Shown in pieces: positions 8,269-18,728 of a stretch of DNA of 18,728 nucleotides. Positions within the stretch are counted from its first letter, which is position 1. Each line of letters begins with the position of its first letter. Position numbers and translations under genes: made by a program. Under the pieces are notes generated by a model. That model was not told the DNA's origin and did no database searches. It saw nothing but the letters and a program-made list of their open reading frames with translations. Source of the DNA: Paraspadella gotoi (lineage: Eukaryota; Animalia; Chaetognatha); the NCBI GenBank assembly GCA_051294375.1, contig JBJCIZ010000695.1:1-18728 (forward strand), given 5' to 3'.

Positions 8269-8393
8269 TCTCTCTCTCTCTCTTCATCTCTCAAATCGTT
8301 CCGTCTCTCCCTCTCTTCTCTCTCATCTCTCTCTCCCTCCTCTCATCTCTCTCTCGTCTCTTCTCTTTCTCCTCTCTCTCTCTCTCTCTCTCT
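8269..8393 (+). repeat. (CT)n microsatellite at the inner end of the left palindrome arm
   Basis: Interrupted CT run; counterpart of the near-perfect (GA)n at 9386-9473. Confidence 0.9.
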
Positions 8394-8395
8394 GT

Positions 8396-9381
8396 TATTG
8401 AGCGACCTATGTTGAGAGACGACGAGAATTTACGGGGTGATCGAATCTTAAATAGCTAGATGTTCTTCGGATATATGCAAATGAGATTTATTCATCATGA
8501 ACGGACGGGATGGATTCCCCACCCACAAAATATCTGGAATGAAAACGACGCTCGGGTTGGCCGTGGAGACGGCGGATGGAGATATTAGTGTTGGGGCACA
8601 TGGTGGTTAATTGTGAAGAAACGTGTAATAACAATTTCTTTTCTTTATTGCAATTAATTGCAATTCTTGATAATGTTGTGGTGAAAATTAAGAAAGGAAA
8701 TAACGGTTTTATAACCTCCCACTTAGTAGTTTTACTGGTGGAGCTGAAGATTCGGGGTCGCGATGGTAATGCCAGTGAATTAAATTGTGGTAAATGATAT
8801 GTATGTATGTATGTAAGTCGGGGTAATATGCTGATGGTGGACGTAGTGGTAATCATTGTGATTCTATAGGATCTATTAGTGAAATATTTTGGTGGTGTGG
8901 TGTGAGTATATTGGTTGTAGTGGTGGAAGAAGCGAAGTTAAAGCAGGGTGGTCCAAAGAGTGGTGTGTGTCTCGCCGGCGGCGATGAGATCGTGTTCACA
9001 AATCGGCGGCGGGAGTCAACAAGAAAACAAATTCGATTAAGATGAAAAAATTTTAAAATTAACGACGACTAATAATAAATAAGTCCTCGTAATAATTTTG
9101 AAGAAAAAAGGAAAAAAGTCTAATAAGAAGACGAAGTTCGTCGGAAAAAATATTTTTTCGCTCGAATAAACAGAAATATTTTCTTTAATTTGTTATTTTC
9201 TTTAAAAATCTATGTATTTATTTTATAAATAATTTTTCCTTCTCTCTGACAGTTTCTTTTGGATAAAAAAAACCGGTGGAATGAAACTCGAAGAAGGAAA
9301 CGGAAAAAAAGTGCAGAGATAAAACTTAGTTGGGGGGGAAAAAAGAGAGAAAAATAAAGTTGGAAAAAAGAAGAGCTTGGG

Positions 9382-9384
<3 letters not shown>
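8396..9384. other. Non-palindromic spacer of the fold-back; about 8400-9030 is probably low-quality base calls
   Basis: Similarity between the arms stops at the CT/GA tract. The first part is GT-rich and unlike the surrounding DNA; about 9030-9384 resembles the AT-rich host flank. Confidence 0.6.

Positions 9385-9385
<1 letters not shown>

Positions 9386-9473
<88 letters not shown>
9386..9473 (+). repeat. (GA)n microsatellite, mirror of 8269-8393
   Basis: Near-perfect GA run. Confidence 0.95.
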
Positions 9474-9474
<1 letters not shown>

Positions 9475-10411
9475 GGCGAGGGCGGTATAAATTTCACATT
9501 ATAATTTTTAAAAAAAAAAATAACTCAAAGAAATTATTGAATATTAACTAAAACAACTTCTGAATGTCCGAACAATTAGAAGAAAAGCCATTGATTTTTT
9601 TCCTACATTTATAATAAATATATCTAAGTCTTAATAAGTTATAATACATTTACTAATTAAATATACTAAAAATAAAGATCCCTGCCTTCCGCAGCAGAGA
9701 TTCTACCTCTGATTTTATTTTCGAACTCAACGTCTTAAAATTTTTGAGTTGACGTTTTTGGCCGAGATGAGCGGATGAGTCGATCTTAACAGTAGAGGTT
9801 CGATCGAAGGAACAGCGGCCAAAGGAAAAGACCCTCCTCGACGGTGAACGCTCTGGATTCATGACGAAAAGGTCGCTGGTTCGAGCCCGGTTAGAACGGT
9901 AGAAATTGGGTATTAGTTACTTAGCCATCAAGTGTCATAAATGTAACCGAAACCATTAGAATTAGAAATCAACACCTAGACAAGAGCGACAGAGGGTATT
10001 GACGATGAGAGCTAAGCTTGGGAAAGACTTCTTTTTGCTGGTTAACTTTGAAAATAATCGTTACTCATTTAAATTCCATACTAATCCCTCCACAATTTTT
10101 CTCACTTCTTTTTTTTTGGAAATTCTCTTCGTTTTTTATCTCCCAAAGAAAAAAAAATGAGATAAAAATCCAAGACGAAAGAAAAATCCTAGGAAAAAAA
10201 AAAAAGAAACCAAACAAATTTGTTCTCATCAACATCGGCGGCACGTCAGTGCGCAAAGATAAAACGATCTTAGCTCTTCCTCTGAATGACCGTTGAAGAG
10301 AAAGAAGAGAGAGGGAGAGCGAGAGAGAGAGAGAGAGACAAGGCGAGAAAAGACGGGGGAGAGGTGAATTCCAAGGCCCAATTAGAGTGAGAAAACGAGT
10401 GAGAAAAAGTT

Positions 10412-10428
10412 GAGAGAGAGAGAGAGAA

Positions 10429-10483
<55 letters not shown>
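10412..10483 (+). repeat. (GA)n microsatellite, mirror of about 7210-7305
   Basis: Near-perfect GA run. Confidence 0.93.
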
Positions 10484-10486
<3 letters not shown>

Positions 10487-11603
10487 AGTCGAGAGTGAGA
10501 GGGCGATAGAAAAGAAGAGAGATAGAGAGAAAAACGAGGACGTGAACGCCGGTTCGATGAGACGGGAGGCGTCTTGTGAATAAATATGAGACTTTTAAGC
10601 GTTTCGCGGAGCAGGAGAGGATTAATTGTGAAATTAAGCGGCGCGTTTTTGGCTTTCCGTTTCTGCGCTGCCGCGGCTTTCGTGCAATGGAAAGGCTTAT
10701 ATTTATAATTGAAATTGTACAACGCAATATAAATTAATCCATTCATTTAATAAATAAGCTATGTTCGAATTATCTCTAGTTAGAAATCGAACAGGCCTTT
10801 TTGGAGTAAAATATCTCTCACTGAAATGTGATATACTTTTGCCTTGAATGGTACTGCTTCGCTAACCTTTTCCGCATCGGTCGTACAGCCGAACATTCCG
10901 ATCGAACTCGTCATGCATGGCCCCCGTTTTTTTCAGTGAAGCTAAAATGGGTACGGAAAAATTTTGAGCTCATCTCAAAGTCCCCCAAACCGCAGCGTAG
11001 CGACCCGTACTTATGGGACCCTAGTCACCATGACGTTCACAGTTACCGATTGCCATCGTTCTCATAATGAAGTGCCGAGCTAGCCTACATGCCATCCATT
11101 TCATCCACCCATAACCGTAGCCACAGCGAACGCTTGCCACACAAAAAAAAAAATTTGGGGGAAAGAGAACACATTTAAACTCTTGACTTTCGGGGGCTGA
11201 CGAAAAGAGAGAATTTTTCTCGAGAAAGGAGAGAGAGAGGAGAGAGAAGAAGAAGAGAGAGAGAGAAGGAGAAGAGAGAAGAGAGAGGGTAATTCAACAT
11301 AGAAATTCGTAGAGTAGGGAGGAGAAGAGGAGGGTTTCTTTCTTCGACCTCCGCTTTTTTTTTTTCCTCGACGCTTTGACGGTTTTTCTTTTATTTCTTT
11401 TCGTCTCAACTTTTTTTTTTTTTGGTTCTACTTCCAGTTTTTATATTTCGCTGTTTATTTTTTATTTGAGATGTAATATTCTTGTACTGGTGGTGGGGTT
11501 TGAAAGCCCCTTAGGTACGGAATGTGATACGTGAGTTAACAAAACTGGAGTGATACATTTACTGTTCATTTCAAACTAGAAATGGTTGATTAAAAGCTTT
11601 CTG

Positions 11604-12117
11604 TGTGGCAAGGGCCCGAAGGTTGATCACAGCGTGACTGAGGACGGACTGAGTGACGTGGTACTAAATGGACGGCATGACATAGTAGTCTTGTACAGGC
11701 ACACGTGGCAGGAAGCCGGGTCACGTGAATTAAGAATGATTGAATGATTCGATTATTATTTAGTTGTTTGAATATTAATTTACATTCAATATAAACACAA
11801 TGTGAAAAAAATTATTATTTAATTGAGCATCAAAAAAAACAAGACTGAAATTATTCAGTAAACAATTATAGAAAGTTAACAAATCATTGAACAAAAGGTA
11901 TAAACCCAAAGAGAACATCTTCTGAGAATAATGTTTCCTCTTTTGTAAACAAAAGGTTTCTTATGTAGAAAATAGTTTTTGTTGAGATGTGAATCCATTC
12001 TCTAAAGCAGTTTGGAGGCTCAGTGCTGGGAATCCCGATGTTCCAAGTTCCGAGTCCGGGTTCGAATCCCGTGGAGATGATTCCTTCATGAAGGAAATGT
12101 CCACTCGAGAGGCCGCA
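11604..12117 (-). repeat. Mirror of the 3' LTR
   Basis: TGTGGCAAGGGCCCGAAGG... to ...GGCCGCA, followed by the inverted PPT (TGCCCCTGTT). Confidence 0.9.
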
Positions 12118-12379
12118 TGCCCCTGTTGAGATATACTTGTGTATTTCACAATATTTTGTCGTCTCTTGAGTGAATTCAAACTGTGAGAGTACATTAAAAT
12201 AATATATATTTATACTCCATAAATAGTAGTTTTTTCAATTAAAAAATAAATTTCCATAAAAATCGAATGAACGTATAGAGAATAATAGAGAGAAAAAAAA
12301 AAAATATCCGAAAATCTAAAAATTAAAAAATCAAACAAATAAAAAAGGAATATTGTACACTAAAAACAGGCTACCGAGT

Positions 12380-15300
12380 ATCGGAGTCGTTGTTATTGTT
12401 TTGTTTTGACTTGCTGTCGCGTAATGCTCCTTGTCGCTACGATAGCATATGTCATTGGCTTACTATGTTGTTGTTGTTGCTTTGTTTGCGACGCGTCAGA
12501 GGTTTATTTTTGATAGTTTTTACGCGTGGCTCATTTTATTTCTCCGGGTTGTGTTGTGTTGTTCTCCTCTTGTTCCCTGTAGATGAAGTCGCTGTGCGTG
12601 GAGGCCCGGGAGAAAAGGGAATCGGGTTGCAAAGATGGTTGAGGCATGGGGGGGGGTCGGGGGAAGGTTGGTGTTGGGAGGAGCGGGTGGAGGGTGGGGA
12701 AAAGGAGAAGAGGAGGGAGGAGGAGAGGGTCGCCGCAGCGCAGGCGAACGCGCGCGGCGAGGAGTTAATCTGTTGTTGGCGACCGTGCATTGCCCTCGCG
12801 GTTTGGGTTTTTTTTCTTGGGGCTCGCTTGGGCCGGGTGGGGGTTTTCCCCCGGGCGTGTTCTTTCACGTCCTCATTTCCTCGTCGCTCTACCAACGCTG
12901 GCTTGACTCGTGAATATTAACTGTCTCCGCGTCCCTTACTTGGAATCTAATCGCATGTTTGAGCGTTTCGATAATGACGTCGGTAAGGCCCTTCGTAGGG
13001 TGTGACTAGGCGATGGCTGCACGCTCGGTCGTCGATACGAAAACGGTAATGGGCTGACTCCAGTTTGCCGGAAGGGCTGTATTGACTGTTGATGAGCTGA
13101 GGGTTGGAGAGGCTGTAGTCGAGCAAACTTCCGCGTCGAAGTTTGGAACAATTGATTTTCTCGATTCGTTAGAGTGCGTTTTGTTGACGTCGCCAAGCCA
13201 TACTGCCGGGTAGCTCAAGCCTTCCCCAAAAAACAACCCAGTCGGCTGCAGAGGGCGCCGACATCCTCCTTAACCGTCGTTCTAAAATTGCGAGCAATGT
13301 TAGGGGCAAATTTCCAAAAACCATTGTCAACGCTCATCGTTTTAACCAGTGCCATGAGTGATTCTTGAGTCTCGGTGAAATCTTTCACCAATCCGTTGGC
13401 CTGGGGATGGTATGCAGTCGGGTTTGAATGTTTGATGCCCCATTGTCTCATAATTGGCTCACAGAGTTGACGTAAACTGGCTTCCTCGGAACCCCCCCTT
13501 GTAGTAATTACAGATGGGGGTTCGCGAAAATGCTGATCCAGTAAGGCTCAGGCCGTCGAGGTTGTGGCGTGAAGAGTATCGCGTATTGGGATGGCCAATA
13601 TGTCGGCCATCTCGAGAATCGGTCGACGATGTAAGGAGGTGGAAAATCCGTTGGATTTCGGCATCTTAGACTAGGTCGAGGGTTTAAATGTGAAATCGCC
13701 GAGGTGGAATTTAAATTCTCCGATCTCGGGTATTACTGTCTCGTGATCTTTGCTCGTTGGCAATCCGATGCATCCCTCCACTTTGAGACGTCTTGCGCAT
13801 ACTAATTCCAAAACGAATTTCGCCGCCACTGCCTCCGAGTTGCATCGACCCGGGTGACCCAGTCTGGATCATTGCGAAGATCTTCCGGCGCCCATGATGC
13901 GGCACGAAAAGGTCGAGCCTGGACAATTTTGAGAATGTCCACGAGTAAGTCCTGGTCCGCCCACCTTGATTTCTGAAAGGTTAGTCCTGAAATCTGGCAT
14001 CTTCCGCGATCCTTGAAATCAGGGTCGAGTGTTTGTTCCCTTGCCAACTGGCTCGAAGTCGATCTTGAACTTGTTAGAGATGAGCATCAGGCGTGGGCGT
14101 ATCTCTGGAGTTGAGCGCAGCTTCGCTAGTACACGGTATGTGTATTTAACTATCGAGCGTTGACCGGCTCGAGCAGCGCATTCGGCGGAGGACCTAGCGT
14201 CTATGGTGCGCGGAGCTTGTTCACAGCACGTCGATGCGGATGCAGGCGCGCTGTCGTCAGAGATTTTGCTGCTGAATGGCTTCGAAGGTCTTTTGCGTAT
14301 GGCGTGTCATCGAAGGCGATCGAACTGAGGTCGTTGTTTGTGGCGGTTGCACTCCGTGAGCGGACCCACCACATTGGCCTTGCCCTCAGGTAGCGGACAC
14401 AGGTGAATTCGGTCAATCACCGAAAAGCTGGTTACGATTGCGAACTGTCTGGGGTCGCTTTCTTTTATGCCGTCACCAGCCTGGTGGTCGCGTGTACAGC
14501 GGAGCTCTGCCTTCAACCGCCAATGTCGAAAGTGGCGCACCGCTTTAAAGCTCCGAATAAAACTCCTTGCAGAACGGTGGCCATAACTTTTTGATTTTTT
14601 GCGATGTTTCGTCGAAAAAAAGGCCAGCGCTCCCACCTTGGGCCCCTTTGCTCCAGTATCCGCTCCCGACGCTTGGTCCGGTAGGCGTCTGTGTGATGCA
14701 TAGCTGGCCCGGTCCTCGGGTGGTGGAGTAGGGCGGCTTGATATCAGACCCGCTTTGATTGCTTCAAATGCCCCCACTGGCAATCGGCCCGTCCAATGAG
14801 ACTTTGCGGGCTTCCACAAGAGCTTCGATATAAAGCTGCGCATCTGTGAGCTCACCTGGGTATCGAATGCGACGATAGTAATCTTATCATATCCCAGGAG
14901 AGCGTTGTAGCTCTTTGTGGTTGTGTTCGTTGTTTCTTGGCAGAGTCTTGACACGTCTGGGAGTGGTCGCACGCCATTCTGTCCGCTAAAACCAAGGAAA
15001 TTCAAGGATCTTACTGCGAGCAAACACTTCTTTGTGTTGACGACAAGTAAGGCGTCGAGAGCTCTGAAAGACGCGCGAGATCTTGCATGATGTTCCTCCG
15101 GATTTGTTGACCAACGAGAAATGTCATCGAGATATACGAATGTATGGGGATGTCCCCGAGATCTCGTACATTAAGCCGCTGGACAGTCTTTCTGTCCGCG
15201 GCGTTTTATGCCAAAAAGGCCAGCGGGAGGGAAGACGTAGAGTCCGAAAGGAGTTATCCAGAAGTTTTCTTAACGTCCTCGGGGCTCACTGGGATCTATG

Positions 15301-16162
15301 ATATCCCATAGAAAGCGTCGACTTGTGAAAAAATATTGTTTTTCCTTCTAATTGTGAGTAAAGTCGGTTAAGAAGCTCTCACCGATAATTTATCATCTAT
15401 GGTCTGGGCGTTAAACGCCTGTATCGCCACAGCACCTCCATCTCCGCAGGTTTTGATACCGACATGTAGAGGTGAGGACATTGTTTCCCACGCTGTGCGA
15501 TGGCCTAATGAGACCATTTCTCGAGTTCCACGTTTTGCCTGCCAAGCTTCTCTGCACTAGACGTCTAGCCCTTGATATGCAAAGGTCTGCCCTCTGTTGG
15601 GAAAGAGTGTGTGACTCCGTGTCTCGCTCTTTCAACTCAAGGTTGGAGTAGATAGTGAGGGAAAAGAATCCCAGCAGTTGTAGTACTTTTCCCCTTGCCG
15701 GTCCCGAAGGTACATGGGCTGTGGTTCTGATGCTGTAGATGCTGTTGGACGCTGCGATGGTGGAATAATCGCGTAAGTCAAGTAGTAGCCCATCTCGATG
15801 ATTGTGCTAAAAGTTTCTCTGCCAAGAAATCTGCCCTCCATAATATGTGTGCTTAACGTCTGCTACAACAAAATCATATCGAAATTGCGATTTTCCCAGC
15901 TGCACTACACTCTCGATCGTTCCGTAGCAAGCTTTATTGGAGTACTCCGTTGGCAGCTTGTAGCCTGACCTTTGGGTCCGGGCCGCTTCGACGCTGTTTC
16001 GTGAGTGGCGGAAACTATCGAAGAGCAAGGCGCCCCGCGACCTACCATCTTGGTCTATCTCTAGCATCACGGATGTAGAGGAAGGTCGGGATGGCGCCGG
16101 TGATCTGGTTTGAACGTTTGGGGGACCGGCGTTCACCGACGTCGCCCCCCTAATCCGTTCCC
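12380..16162 (-). pseudogene. pol: Frameshift-riddled mirror of pol (apparent pseudogene, probably sequencing error)
   Basis: Minus-strand ORF fragments repeat pol peptides: MRQWGIKH..TAYHPQANGLV, AREQTLDPDF, FKAVRHFRHW, FRYDFVVADVK. Confidence 0.85.
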
Positions 16163-17455
16163 TCATGCTTCATCTGGGTTCCGTCTACCTATTGAGCATC
16201 CTGTGCTCACAGGACGCAGCCTCTTCGCAAACTCAGCGTGTTTGTGACAAAGAGTGGCAGTTTTTGGTTTCGCTTTTCCCTTTTGGAGCAATGGCTCTGC
16301 TTCTTCTTGCTGTTGAAGTTTTCCTCCGTTCGCTGCGATTGCGTGAACGCCGTGCATCGTCCTCAGAGATTCCGATCGAATCGTTCCGCGTGCGTCTTGG
16401 CTCGATATTATTGACGAGTGAAAGTTGTAGGCCGGAGCGCCCATATCAGATCGTATCATTTGTACGTAATACAGTCCGACCCATACGCGGGTTCGATACG
16501 GCGCAGCCACGTAAGACTGAGTGCGTACGATGCGTACCAATCTCTATAGAGTCTGCAGCGACGAACGAGTGCGCGCGAGCGCTGATATAGATCCCGCCGG
16601 TAGCGACCATGAGGTGCACCTACTGTGCGTGTTGAGAACAGTTAGAGGAGGTGTGTCCAAGTGAGAAGCCGAATTGCATCGACAAGCAGTTGTATACGCA
16701 GTATGTGATGCTCTGCTCTTATTGTAGCATAAGTGAAGGTCTACAGTGTCTATCGACGCTTAAATATACACTCGATGTGGGTTCGACTATGCATCAGAAT
16801 CATCTGTTGTACACGTCCAGACCATGAGCGCTCGAGCGAGTGCGCGCGTGAGAGGTCGCCTGCGCATAGAGCACGTTTACATACGGCGAGCGGCGACACC
16901 TGTGTCGAGGGCGTCCAAGAGGTGGCTGCTTGCTGACGCGCGAGTCAATCAATATTCCTTCCTTAAATATTCTATGAAATATGCTGCCATGACGCTTCCG
17001 TCGCTTCGCATATAGAAAATTGGTTGATTTTGGGTAACTCACTCATTTTTTGATTCGAGGTGTGCGAAACTCGTTTTGGGAGCGGCGATGCTGCGCGCGG
17101 ACGCGCGCCTCCACCTCGTCAATCCAGAATCTCTATATTGGTCGAATCGAAATCGGAAGGCTGGTTTCCCGTTTGAAACGCCTGCGCGAGCGCCCTGTCG
17201 CTGCGGCGAGCGGCCGACTCTAGCTCAGTCATTTTCGTCGCGTAAATCGCGCGGCGCGGCGCCGCCCGAGCCCAGTCGGCGTCTGCGCAAGTTTTTCGGG
17301 CCGCTGATTCTCCTGAAGTTGAACGTTGGCGCGGCGTCCGGCGTATATTGGCGATGTGAGTCGGGAGCGTATGCCCGTACCAAAAATCCTCCAGGCACTT
17401 TGAAGGTTGTCGCGACGGTGCGTGCGCGAGCGAAGTCTGACCCGAGGTCTGAATG
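16133..17455 (-). pseudogene. gag: Frameshift-riddled mirror of gag
   Basis: Fragments such as KGKAKPK..TLCHKH and GIRSR..SPIYA; includes a poorly alignable block at about 16437-16899. Confidence 0.85.
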
Positions 17456-17656
17456 GGCCCGGGACGTCGTCAGGGCGATGTTGACGGCGTTGTTGACTCC
17501 AATCGTTTCGTAATAAAAGAGAAGAGGAGGGCGTGAGCAAATGGGTGTTGCTTAGAAAAACCCCGATCAATTCACCCAATCTCACCTCAGGGAGGTTTGG
17601 ATCCACTTCTTCTTCATTCTTGAAGGTTGGCTTTGTTCGTAGTCGGTCTTACCAAG

Positions 17657-18207
17657 GTGGCAAGGCCACGAAGGTTGAATCACAGCGTGACTGAGGAACG
17701 TGCAACTGAGTGACTGGTACTAGAACTAGGACGGCATGACATAATCTTGTAAGGAAAGACGTGGCAGGAAGCCGGTCCAAACGCCTGATCTAGGATTGAA
17801 TTGTTAATGAATTCGATATTAATTCTTAAGTGTTTCTGTTAATGTATTATTTACAATTCAATAAAAAAACAAGAGTCGATAAAAAATTAATTATTTCATT
17901 AGAGGCATGAAAAACAGAAGACTGAAGATTATTCAGTAAAACAATTATTAGATAGGTTAACAATCAATTGAAACAAAAGGTATAAACTCAAAGAGACATC
18001 TTCTGAGAAATAATGTTCCTCTTTGGTAAATCAAAAGGTTTCTTATGTAGAAAAGTTTTTGTTGAGATTTGACAATCCATTCTCTAAAGGCAGTTGGATG
18101 GCTCAGTGCTGGAATCCGATGTTCGCAGTTCCGAGTCCCGGGTTCGAAATCCCGTGGAAAGATGGATTTCCTTCATGAAGGAAAATGGTTGCCAGCTCGA
18201 GAGGCCA
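17657..18207 (-). repeat. Mirror of the complete 5' LTR
   Basis: Adjacent to the inverted PBS (17642-17654), alignable to 5303-5847 along its length, and followed by CTGT and unrelated flank. Confidence 0.9.
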
Positions 18208-18728
18208 CTGTCCAACGCAAAACAAACGGCCGATTATTTGTTGATAAGAGAAAAATATACTAAAAATTAACTGAGACCCAAAATTCGACGTTGGTAAAAA
18301 AGAAAAAAAAGGGAAGAAAAGGTCGTCGAAGCGGTGCCATCTTTTTGGCCATCTTGGACTCCTTATCATTTTTTTCTTCTTTCTTTTTCCGATCTTTTAA
18401 GCTTTTTTTCCCTTATTTTTTTTAGGTTTGGCTGAAGCAAAGAAAAAACGAGGGAAGTTTTAAAAGAAAGAGGGGTTATAAGAAACGGGGGGAAGAGATA
18501 GATACAGTTTATCTTCTCTCTGCAAGTTCGGCAAAGCCTTTGAGGAGCGAAGAGGAGGGCCAGGGGAGCGATTGGTGAGAAAAAAGAGCAAAAGAAAGAT
18601 TTTTTTTGTTTGTTGTTTTTTTCTGTTTTTTTTATTAACTCATATTAGTTTTACTCGCTCTCGTGATGTCTTAATTCCGGAAAAGTCACGCGATTATTTT
18701 TTGCGCTTCAGGCGGAAGAATAATTGCG
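18208..18728 (-). other. Host DNA flanking the 5' side of the insertion (begins with TSD copy CTGT)
   Basis: Similarity to the element ends at 18207; AT-rich, homopolymer-rich, with no credible ORF. Confidence 0.75.

Larger units (their letters stand above)
9385..17695 (-). repeat. Right arm of a giant inverted repeat: reverse complement of 1-8395 (probable read fold-back artefact)
   Basis: Collinear anchors: about 8175/9570, 7850/9883, 5847/11604, 5303/12117, 1319/16133, 42-54/17654-17642, 1/17695. Differences are mostly 1-2 nt indels. Confidence 0.97.
11604..18207 (-). mobile_element. Mirror reading of the same Gypsy retrotransposon, complete with both LTRs
   Basis: LTR-internal-LTR on the minus strand. 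It has the same 3' flank as the plus-strand copy, so it is the same insertion and not an independent one. Confidence 0.92.

Noticed and set aside
8380-8420. Remnant of a SMRTbell adapter (..CTCTC..GTT..GTTGAGAGAC)
   Set aside because: The resemblance is too weak next to a CT microsatellite to call by eye.
6066-11409. ORFs of 60-220 aa rich in SLSLSL/FFF in the flanks
   Set aside because: Translations of (CT)n microsatellites and homopolymer runs; not preserved in frame between the two arms.
11604-18207. A second, older, independently inserted retrotransposon in tail-to-tail orientation
   Set aside because: It shares the same 2.2-2.5 kb flank and junction as the first copy, and its differences are indel-dominated. 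It is the same insertion read again.
1-18728. CRISPR array, retron, DGR or other prokaryotic RT system
   Set aside because: No regularly spaced repeats, and the RT is fused to protease, RNase H and integrase between LTRs, which is a eukaryotic Gypsy architecture.

Overview
Eukaryotic DNA, not a prokaryotic locus. Positions 1-5847 hold an apparently young Ty3/Gypsy LTR retrotransposon with hallmarks of the CsRn1/Kabuki lineage. It has the end of the 5' LTR, a PBS, gag with a Cx2Hx9Cx3C knuckle, pol (PR-RT-RH-IN) in the -1 frame behind a G GGA AAC slippery site and a predicted pseudoknot, a PPT, a 545-bp 3' LTR and a 4-bp target-site duplication (ACAG). About 2.5 kb of AT-rich, (CT)n-rich host flank follows. 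From about 9385 onward the sequence is an indel-riddled reverse complement of 1-8395 that runs on through the whole 5' LTR and 5' flank. This is most likely a long-read fold-back (missed adapter) assembly artefact rather than a second element. The mirror is still useful as a second reading: it fills the N gap, reveals the TSD and gives a three-copy LTR consensus. The best candidates for new biology are a tRNA-like Pol III A/B-box module lying antisense inside the LTR, a DGG rather than D[TS]G protease active site, a non-canonical PBS and the frameshift pseudoknot. The host species cannot be determined from the sequence.
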